A stretch of DNA of 64,000 nucleotides, from contig JBNZDD010013731.1 of NCBI GenBank assembly GCA_050575255.1, forward strand, positions 11,965,956 to 12,029,955, read 5' to 3'. Position 1 is the first letter of the stretch. Each line of letters starts with the position of its first letter. A model generated the notes under the pieces. The model had not been told where the DNA came from. It saw nothing but the letters and a program-made list of their open reading frames with translations, and searched no databases. This document shows, in pieces, positions 12,101 to 22,620 of this stretch. The stretch comes from Harriotta raleighana (taxonomy: Eukaryota). The position numbers were made by a program, and so were the translations under genes.

Positions 12101-15100
12101 TTTCATTTCAACAAAATGTTATAGTGCAAAATGAAGAACTGGTAAATAAAAGTGAGGCAGTAAAACCAAACCCGTTACCCGAGAAAGATAAAGAGAACAG
12201 CAACCAGCCAGGATTTTTTTCAGCCTTATTCAATTCAGCAACAAGGAAACCAGAGGAGACGAGTAAGAATGACAGTCCTTTAAGTTTTTTTAAATTCATG
12301 AATAAAAGCGATGAAGCCAGCAAAACAGGAAATGAGAACCAAAGTGAAGGCAATCATTTATCTTCATTTTTCACAAAATCTGTCAATACACCAGAGAACA
12401 AGAATGAAGAAACATCATCCTTCAATTTGTTTAAACATTTTACTTCCAAAACAAAGGACAGTAGTGAACAAACTGAATTGAAGGAGAACCCCAATAAGCA
12501 GACACAATCAATGTGGTCTTCAAAGCAGCCAGAGAGCAGCAATGATAAACTATATGAGAATAAAGCATCTCATATTGTGCAGAATTCAAGTCCAAGTGAT
12601 GTCCCTGGAGTATCGAGAACTTGGCAGGCTCAAGCTTTGACAAAAACCTGTAAAAATATTCCTCAGGAATTTCAAGAAGGGCCCGAGCAAATTCCAATCG
12701 GAACACAAGCATACAAGGCTCCTTGGAATTCTTCATGTAGTGATATGGCTGAATATAATTCATTACCAATAAATAATGCAGCATTGATATATTTATTTCC
12801 ACATTCATTCCAAAGTCACCCAGAATTTATTAGGCCTGAATCGGGATTAAAAACTGAAGCATGCAGTGAAGTTTATTCTCAAGAAGATTCCAATCTGATC
12901 TGGACAGATATTTCTACTGCAGACCGTGATACTTTCCAGGATTCATATGAAGAGTTGAGCAACAGGACAGAAATGGACAATATTATAAATTTGTCGAACA
13001 AGGAGGAGGTCATTAATCCAGACGATGGCAGCTACTTATTTTCCAATAGGACTGAAAACATTATGGAACCTGAGTGTTTGGATTTTAGTGTAGCATCGGG
13101 TGATACCTACAGGTCATTTTCATATGCAAATTCTGCTGAAGAAAGCCTGAGCAAAACCTTAGAGAGATATTGGGATTCGTTAGAACTTAATGGAACTGTT
13201 GACTCATTTCTTGAAATGCCAATGGATCTAAGTTACTCTTCTAGCAATGCAGTTTCTTGGCTTATTCCAAATGAACAAGAATTAGTGACAGAAAAGGAAA
13301 AACAATTTTCTATCAGCAGTTATCAGGAGTATCAAGACTGGCTTGCTTTACTTGAAAACGGTTTATGGTGTCCTTCAGAAGATGGGGAATATGGCTACTA
13401 CATGTACAGTGATGGTGAATATATATATTCCTTGCTCACTGATGCCAATGGCCAATACGTGTATGTTTGGAGACCAGAGACAGATGAAGAACAGGAAGAT
13501 TGGGAGTATTATCAGCAATTGAATGGTGAATGTGATGTAGGACTGGGAGAGGACATGGTTTCTGTATGTGGTTTTAAGGTGCCCATTTCAAATGATTTTG
13601 ATTTGTTCTGGTACAATGAGGAAGAGCAGATTGAATCTGAAATGGACAATGCACCTCTTGATCTTTCTCTGGTTTGGGGAAGGAATGACCGAGCTGTATG
13701 GAAGAATTTAAATACTTTTTCACAACTGTTTGAAGATTCGATAGAATTGAATACGGATGAACCACTTGATTTTTCATCAAAGTACAAAATGTGCAAGCTG
13801 AAAAAACTTAAGATGGATTTTTCTTCTGAAGATCAAATTGAACATTTTCACGGAGAACTTCAGAATATTGCCTTTGATCTGCGAATCGTCCCAGGTAGTC
13901 AGTCGGCTCAGAAGCAGAGTAAAACTAGCACAACACTAGCAAATGAAATCTTAGATTGTGCATCTACAACACCGCAGTCGAAACTTTCATCAGTGGCAAC
14001 CTCATCAGGACTGTTTAGTCTGTTTCGTTCTTCTGTTAAATTGTCAGATCCTTCAACACAGAATACCTCTGAAACCAATCAACCTGAAGAGCACCAACAG
14101 CCTATCAAAAAGATAACATCTTTCTTTTCTTCATTGGGTGATCTTGTTGGAAATCAAAATGCTGAAAGTTCTGTGGTTTCTAGTTCGGCTTTACCAGGCT
14201 TGGCACCAGCCACCCCATCAAAGAGCACATTGGACATGACCAATGACACCATTTCTTTATCAAGAAATAATATGGATCAGACTAAGCCTAATGTTAGGGA
14301 TAGACAGCCTTCAGTTATCTCACAAGATGACAAACCAAGTAATATGTTTGCGTCTGGTTTAAAAAGTTTAAAATCAATATCTAGTAGCTGGAAGAGCACA
14401 ATGAGTGCTTCAGATGATGAACCATCTATTGTTGATCAGAGACACAAAATACAAGATCAGGATTTGGCTAGGTCACCTGCTTTGCACTCTCCTGAAGACT
14501 CAGCTAGAAGTGTAATGCAGCCATCACCTGAGGGGATGTCAAATATAAATCAAAATAAATCTAATGCTAGTGTCAAACCACCTCTAATGTCTTCTCAGCC
14601 TACTGCATTTCAAATACCCACTTCGACGACACACGACTCGTTCTTTAAAAATCCTCTCAAACTTTTTAACCCATCCGAAAATCAGACTCAAGCAAAAAGC
14701 AATGAGGAAACTCGAAGTTCTAGTTTCTTTGACATTTTTAAAAGTGCCAGTGCCAAAGAAGAGCAGAATTCGTCTGGCTTGAATTTTCCGTCGAGAGTAA
14801 CTGAGGCCCATGAAAAGGAGCAGAACAATCTTGGGAAATCTGTTCCTAATGTAGAAAAGCAGCCTTCTGGCATTTCATCCCTCTTTGGCTCAATTGGAGG
14901 ATTCTTCAAAATTGATCCAATTCAACATCCAGAACATGTAATGAATTCAAGTAAGAACGAAAATAAAAGTAAACTACCAATTGCAGCACAAATTGTGCAT
15001 GGTAAAACCAAGCAGAACGAACATGAGAATGCTCTTCTGGCTTGCTTAAGACCCGAGGTGCCATGCTCAAGGTCAAAGAGTTTGCAAAAGCAACGAACAC

Positions 15101-18100
15101 TAAGAGAACCGAATATTGGTTTTGAAACTACTGCAATGAAAATGGTGCCTTCGATGGATGAAGAAAATGATATAACCTCTGTAAATGTGGAACGCACTAG
15201 TGATGAGGCAGAAATAGTCTCTATGTATCAAAATAGATCTGCCTCAAATACTGATGGAGTTGTTATCAATGAATCTACTGTACAGTACCCTGAACACCCG
15301 CCCGGGACTGAAATAAATGCTGCACAAAATATCACCACAACAGAGTTTTCTGATCCCATCATGAAGCAAAGTATTCGAAGGAAATCCACAGTCACAGTTT
15401 GGGATAATCAGTTTAGTTCAGAAAAAGTTAATTCCCAGGTATCCATGAAGGTTCAAGGAAATGGTGAGAATCAAACTGATAGATTTGCTTCTCCATCAGA
15501 GACAGGAAAACAGGAACAAAAACCCAAACAATCTAGTCTCTTTAGTTTACCCTTTGGAGCAGGAGATTGGAAACTTCCAAATGTCTCAAGTCCCAAACAA
15601 CAGGGAACAAACAAAGGCCTATTTTCTTTCTTTAGTGGGTCAGATAATGCAAGTCAGACCCAAACCCCTAGTCGTGATGCATCATTTGCTGGAGCTAGGC
15701 CGACAGTCAGCTCAGAAGGATTTTTCAAATTACCATCATTCTTCTCAACCACTCCTCCAGCTGAGGAGAGAAAACCAAAGGGAAGCACCTCCAGCTTTAG
15801 TTTCTTGAACTTGACATTTCAGGATGAGAAAAGGTCAAAACCAGAGCAAAGGTTTTCAGAACCCACTCAAAATAATGCTGGCTTGTTATCAAGGCAGAAA
15901 GATGTGTTATCTGCTGGCTATTTGAGAGATCCTGATTGTAAAGACTGGAAAGGTGTACCAGAGAGAGAGCAGGTGGACAGAACAACATCAGCCATGCAGC
16001 AAAAGGTTCCTTTAACTTATAACAAAAATGGTTTAGGTGCACCTACTTTGCTGCCAACTTATGAAAATGATGAAGTTAAAATAGATAACACTGTTTGTGA
16101 TAGAGGTACTATTGCTGCTAAAAACTTCATGTATTCATATCCCATGGAGAGTGGAAGTATCCCCTATGTACCATGTCATCCTGATGTTTATAATGTTGAT
16201 ACTGGGGACTATGTTACTGCAGAAAACATTTTGGATGAAAATCTGACAGTAGGTCAAATTGACATTGAAAAGAGCTTGACAGTAGATCACATTGACATTG
16301 ATGAGAGGCTGACAACAGGTCACATTGACATTGATGAGAGTCCTCCAGCAGATTACTTTGACATTGATTACAACACTAAGAATAGTTTGCCTGTGAATGC
16401 TACAGATACAGATGAAGCCTGGACCACAGAAGTTGAAACCTATCTCCCAAATTTGTCAGACGAGACTGATGTAGAAGCCTCTAACCTGGGGATTGAGATG
16501 AGAAATAATTCGGATGAGATTGTTCTGGAAAGAGGAATAGTTTCAGAACCAAAATATTCTCAAGTGGATACGTCCAACAACTTGTTAAATGAAAAGCGGG
16601 AACCTCCAAATACCCCAAATGTTGATATGCTGACTGATTTTAATGCAAGGGAGAAGTTACCTGAAGGTGAAAAGTCTTTAATAGGCAACACAATGGAAGT
16701 GTTTTCAGGCTTTATGACAAAAGTGAAGTTATTTTCTAGCAGTGGAAGTGAATCTATGAAAACCACAACCACCTCATTTCCATCACTCTTTACAAACTCA
16801 AGTTCTCGGCCAAGTGCTCAACCAAGAAGTTCTTTTTTTAACTTGTCACACAATAATAGCCAGATGCCATCTGTAAAACCTGATTTGTTCAGCCTTTTTA
16901 AGGTACCTGCTGAAAAAACTAATCCAGCTGCAAATTTAGAAACCACTATGGTGCAAAACAAAACTGATGCATTTGAAGTTTGTAACAATTCCCAAAGTCT
17001 AGGAGAACCCCTCAAAACAGTCGGCGAAATGCCTATTGATGTTTCTCAGTGTAATATCGCTGGCACTTTATCGGAGCAGGAATCAGAAAATTACATTGAC
17101 AATAATATTCAATGTGACTACGAAAGCACCGATGTCCAAGTCCTTGAAGATGATACGTTCAATACTGAAGATAAATATCAAGTAACGGCCAGCAACACAG
17201 TGGAGTCAGAAGACCCAGATATTTTAGTTGCAGATGAAGGTTTTCTTGTTTCAGATACACAGCAAAGTGAAGAGGTGGAAGATGTTCCTGCAAATGATAG
17301 TATGTCTATTCCTGACACAGCAAGTGGAGATATTTTACAGTTGGGAAGTTACAGTCAAGAATTAGACCACTCGGTAGATGTTAAGTTTGAAGATCTTCCA
17401 AAAGATCAACCCATTTTGCAAATGCATTCCAAGGTTTTGGACGGGCCAGCCTCTTATGGCCTACCATCAAACGAAACTCCACAGAAGGGTGATTATGGGA
17501 CGACAAAATCTGTTTTTGAAATTCCCAGCATTGCTACATCTAAATTCAGTTTTTTGTCTTCTCGAGAAAGTGGCAAACCATTCAGTTTATTTTCACAGCA
17601 ACCATCTCCTTCGAGCGACCCGTCCAGAGAAACTGGTTTATTTTCGAGTTTTCGGAAATTTTCCAAGACATTATTCGATGCAGACAATGGCCAAGCACAG
17701 GATTTCACGCAGAGATCTGTCTTTGGGAAACTGGATCACTTTCCTTGGCAAAAAGAGAGTGCTGCTAAACAAGAGCATGCTGTGGTCACAAAACAACCTG
17801 TAGCAAGAGAAGAAATTGGGAAGAGTGCTCATGACATTCCAGACTTCAGTCACAGTGTAGATACCAAAAGTGAGAGTAGTGCATTAACAGATAAGACCAT
17901 TGTGGGAGAGTCTGAAAAGGTAGGTAATGTTGCAAATCAAAGTGAGAGCAGTTCCCTGAATGATCAAGTTAATCTTATGTCAGGACGTCCAGAGACTACC
18001 GCAACGTCTGCTCTTGAAAGTAGTTCTGAAATAATAGCTTCAGAATTACATACAGCGGAGCTACCAGCAGGAGCTTGTATACACTTGGAGAAGACAACTG

Positions 18101-18203
18101 AGACTGAAACCGATGTTTCCATTGAGACCTACTTATCTCCAGAGCTCCACCAGGCATCACCGCAGAGAGCTTTCAAGAGTTCGGACCTTTTGAATACGAA
18201 AAG
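9111..18203 (+). CDS. unc13b: unc13b giant 9093-nt cassette exon (3031 codons, largely low-complexity/disordered), phase 2-2; reads on to TGA at 18225 if unspliced
   Basis: Uninterrupted ORF 9166-18225 extends upstream in frame to an acceptor CCTTACCAAG| after a long pyrimidine tract. Candidate donor AAG|GCCAGT at 18203/18204 gives phase 2, matching exon 18981. Coding status is near certain; the 3' boundary is inferred. Confidence 0.85.
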
Positions 18204-18980
18204 GCCAGTCTTAGCTTACGCATGATAAATGGCACCAGTAGGTTGACCATTTATAATGCACTTAAAAGTAGGCAGATTGAAGTAGTTTGGTGTTTTTATT
18301 TTAAATCTTTCTCCTTGCATTTTAATTGTTTGTATGTCATTCCTGTTAAAATATCTACTTTTTCTTAAGTTACGCCATAACATTATGGCAGTCCTCTGAC
18401 TCTGTTTATTACCTATAATTTGAAATTACTATTTAATGCAACTTAAAAAGTCTTACATACAAAATGTGCAGGTCATTTACAATGTGCTTTGTGGAAGTTT
18501 TAGCTGTAGTTTGCTTTCTGTGAAGGTGACCATGTGGCAGTATTGTCATTAGTGTGCTAAGTGTAGTAGCACCTGCTGCTTTTGGTGCTGTGTTTTGTCA
18601 CCGTTTCTTAATATATGCCACGAAATGCATACTCTGAAGTATGATCATTAAAGCAATCAAATCCAAGGAATTAACTAAGGTTTATGTGTGAATGCATCGC
18701 AGTCTACATTATGAACGAACCAGGAATTCTTGAATCAAACCTAAAATGTACTTGTACAAAATTTTTCTAATGGTTAAACAATTAATGGTTTTTGGAACTT
18801 GTATAAGAAAATGATTTGGAATGGTTTAGAGTGAAAATTGCTGTCTCATACATTGGTTGCAAAATATCACATTAAAATACTGCTAATCTACCAATTATTA
18901 ATGGCTGCTATGCACTGTATATGTAAGCTTTGGTGCAACAGCTTTGAGTTAGTAGCTAAACTTTTTGATTTTGTCTACAG

Positions 18981-19313
18981 CCCAACAGGAAGCAGCAGAT
19001 ATGGCTCGTCAGGAAACCTCAGCCAAGGCAGCTCTCAACTTAGTGAACTTGACCGTGACAATGAGAGCATCCATGTGTCTGAGACAGAGGATAGGGGAGA
19101 TCGAGAGTCCTTTAAAGGCTCGGGAACTTTAAGGCCAAACGAACAGGAATGGCTCACTGGCCACGATGACGAGCAGGAGAATTTAAGTGAATGTGAGAAA
19201 GCTGAACATCGTGAAGATTTAGAAAACGATGAGAAATTGAATGAAGTTTTACCAGAAATTCCCTGCGACAGTATCTCTCCCCAGCCGGAGGTGACTGCAA
19301 AGCCACTTGACAG
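18981..19313 (+). CDS. unc13b: unc13b exon (S)[24 protein letters not shown]...KPLD, phase 2-2
   Basis: TTGTCTACAG| and AG|GTGGGT; matches ubMunc13-2 [25 protein letters not shown]. Confidence 0.94.
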
Positions 19314-21026
19314 GTGGGTAGCTAGTTTTATGTATAATACAATATCTACATCTTATTGACCCAGAGAGCCACCCAATCTTAGTTTTTTTAAGACCATTTT
19401 ATCTTCATTCTACTGATTGGTTTATAATAACATTTGTTTCTGTAACATCTTTACAATGGGGCAATCAATTCCTTGAAAGATTGAAAAGTAACCATATTTA
19501 GGAATGGGTGTACCTTAGGTACATTTATTGGAAGCAAGCTGATAAATTCTGTTTTCATATGTCGATGAATTATTTCCTATAAAGTAATTGAATATCTTAA
19601 ATAATTTTTACAAATAAATTACATTTCTTTAATAAATATTATTGAAGTCCAAATACAAAAATTTTACATCATGTTTCTTTTTTTTACTAGCCAGCACTAG
19701 AAACAACTATTCAATTAGGTTTAGGCAGTGATATGTAAAGTGATAACATTAGCGGTGCCTCATTGATGTACGAAGTACTGGATAACATAAGCTGAATATT
19801 TTTCTGTTGGAGGGAAACTCTTGTGCCTCACACTGTCACTTGAGACCTTGACTTCAAGTTGCTTTTAGGTTGGAGCTGAGGTTTCATAAATTAGTGTAGT
19901 TTTCACGAGACTTTTTGCAGAAAGCTCAGGTTCCATTTTTATGTTGTTTCTCAGTGATGAAGTGCCAGAAATACTTATACAAGGAATATTTTTTCAACCC
20001 CACGGTATTGAAGCTATTTATCTCATAGAAAAGTGTTCTGAAGAGTTTTTGTTTTTTTCCTTATCAGTAAGCCAGGTGTCTTGATGCATGTGGGAACCAA
20101 CCACAATGGTAAAGGGTATCCAAACCAAGTGGAATTCTATGACTTTAAGTTGAAGAGAAAGATCTCTCACAGTACATTTATATTGTTGCCACTGTATCTG
20201 TTGCAATATTATAAAGTATAGAAGGACATTCATGTTTCTAGCTGTTTGTGTTGCTCAAACATAGTGGTAGATGGTATGTGTCCTGCTGAACTGACTGGAA
20301 GTTGTGTAGCACACTGATACCATTGTTGCTCACTGCATCACTGCAGCCCATTAGTAACATGCTGATTGATGTTTCCCGTGGATATAAGTCATCAACTTCA
20401 GAAGACTTCAGTGGCCAAGTTCTCACCAGAAACTGACAGCGAGGCATATTGAAGCAGAGTTTCAACATTGTGTTCTTCAGACTACATCTCACTGGAAATC
20501 TTAACTTCCCGCAGCTGTCATATCAAATCTAGAAATGTGTTCAGCAGCAATGCAACAAGAAAACCTATTATTTTCTAACAAAAAATTGTGTTTGGGGTGG
20601 GATGTTTTGTGGTTTAAAAATAGTGTCAGAGTTAACTTACATTTGAATCCATTTCTGAACACCTGCAGGAGCTCAGATTAATGACCAGTTACAGAGAAGT
20701 CAGGCGAACCCTGGGTAGAATTTTTATTCCGAAACAGTACTCACTATCCAATACCAGTGCACATTAACTCAGTCTGTGCCCCTGGAACACCATGAAAGCC
20801 ATCATTAGGAAGTAACCATACAATGTAGAGAAAAAAGTTAACACAGTTTAACTCGTATTCTGTGATTTTTTTGTTGTTGTTCCATCATTCTGTGGAAAAA
20901 TACAGGCTTGATGTTCCCAGATTTCCCCTGTTGAAAAAGTGATGTCCTTTAAATGACTCAAGACTGACTCTAGTCTGGGCCATTAAAAGCTCAGTATCTT
21001 CAGTACTATTGAATATGTTTATGATG

Positions 21027-21320
21027 ATAATAACCCTTGCATTCAATATAACATCACATCATCATCCAGATGTCGCAAAGCCACTTCACAGGGTATAATG
21101 TAAGTAGAATGGCTGTATTTTGTGGGTGAAACATGGCAGCCAATTGCACACAATGTCTCGTATACAACCATGGAGTAAATGACCAATTTTGTTTGGCAGA
21201 TTGGTTGGCCAGAACACTGGGAGAAATTGCCTTCTGTTTTTGAATAGTGTCATGGGATCTTTAACATCTATCTGAACATGCAAACAATACCTTGATTTAA
21301 TGTCTCATCCAAAAGACATT
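21027..21320 (-). mobile_element. Older SINE (Deu-domain-like) fragment
   Basis: Tail like family A plus CTGGGAGAA...TTTTGAATAGTGTCATGGGATCTTTAACATC...TTTAATGTCTCATCCAAAAGAC, which resembles DeuSINE cores. Confidence 0.6.
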
Positions 21321-21556
21321 TATTCTGGAAAGATACGATGCAGAACCTTTGTTTAACACATTTAGATAGTGTGTGGAATCTATGATGAAGGAAGCCACAC
21401 AAGGTCCATAGAAGAGATGTTTGAATCATTGAACGGTCCTTTCTGATTTCAGCTTTTTTTTGTTCTTGTAAATTTTCAGAACAAACAGAGGACAGAGGAT
21501 TCAAATAATTTATTTGACGAACTTTTATTTATTGAGAACTTTTTTTGTTTGTCTAG

Positions 21557-21647
21557 CTACAATGATGAAGATGAAGCTCCCCCATTCCCTCCTGCTAGAG
21601 CACGCTGGATTCGAGCTATCAACAGAGTTAGAATGCAGATCCGAGAG
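21557..21647 (+). CDS. unc13b: unc13b exon with the calmodulin-binding helix ARARWIRAINRVRMQIRE, phase 2-0
   Basis: TTTGTCTAG| and GAG|GTAGGA; W-anchored amphipathic motif like Munc13-1/ubMunc13-2 RA.W.RA..KVR.QLQE. Confidence 0.95.
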
Positions 21648-22350
21648 GTAGGACTAGGGTATATCCATTCCCTTATGACTATTCCTGTTTCCAAATGTAT
21701 GAAACACAAATTCAGATCAATTGTAGTATTGTGTTTTTCAAACTCCTGATCTTGTTGCATTGGCTTCATATTGTTGAATTTCAGCATTTTGTTGCCCTAT
21801 CTGTGTGTGCATTGTGGGTGTGTAATAAAAGATGGCTAACATGAAACAAAGTTTGGTTTCAGGCCTGTCACTCGAGTGATGCACTCAGGTTCCTTCTCTC
21901 TCATCATTCTCCACACAATGCTCAATTGAGGTTCTCAATGAGACTAAAATATTGGAAAACACTGACAGGGACCAGTTTCCAAGAAGACTTCTGAACATTA
22001 TGTGAGAGTGGAAGGCGTTCTCTACCACTACAATTTCAGAGTTCTGCATATGTATGTAAAGCAGCATGTAATGGGTTTACTTACTTTTTTCTCCCACACA
22101 CCCATGTGCTGAATTAATGCAATTTTGTTACATTTGTGCAGTTTTTCTTTGCAGATCAGCATTGTTTACAATTGTCTCAAAGACATTGCTTCAACATGTC
22201 AAGTACTCATATTTGCAGATGTGTAGATGATTGGTATCTTCAACTAATAAGATTTATTTTTGGCCTCACTTTTTACATCATGTGCAATGAAACATTGAGG
22301 AGAAGACGCAGAGGGTTCTTAGCTTGCTGGATACTCCCTTTAAGATAGAT

Positions 22351-22620
22351 TCATCGAATTATACAGCATAGAAGGAGGCCACTTGGGTCAATCGTTTCTG
22401 GGTTGGCTCTTTGAAAAGAGCTTTTCCAAGTCAATCCCACTCTCTCGTGCTCTCTCCAAACCCTGCAAACCTGTCCTTCCCAAATAAATATCTGCTTCTC
22501 TCTAAAAAGAAAATAGTTTGGGAATAGTTTCTCCTTGTTCACCCTATCAAATTTCCTGATAATTTTGAAAATTTCTATTAAGTCTCCTCTTAACCTACTC
22601 TGCTTCAAGGAGAATATCAT
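22351..22620 (-). mobile_element. CR1 LINE 3' fragment
   Basis: Minus-strand FSLKQSRLRGDLIEIFKIIRKFDRVNKEKLFP is the typical CR1 ORF2 C-terminus. Confidence 0.8.

Noticed and set aside
9814-17853. Many antisense and alternate-frame ORFs of 60-141 aa over the giant exon
   Set aside because: Expected shadow ORFs of a long coding exon; no recognisable products.
9166-18225. 3019-aa ORF as an independent nested gene or endogenous viral polyprotein
   Set aside because: No enzymatic or viral motifs seen; the start is a GTG; the frame extends to a phase-compatible splice acceptor on the same strand as unc13b.
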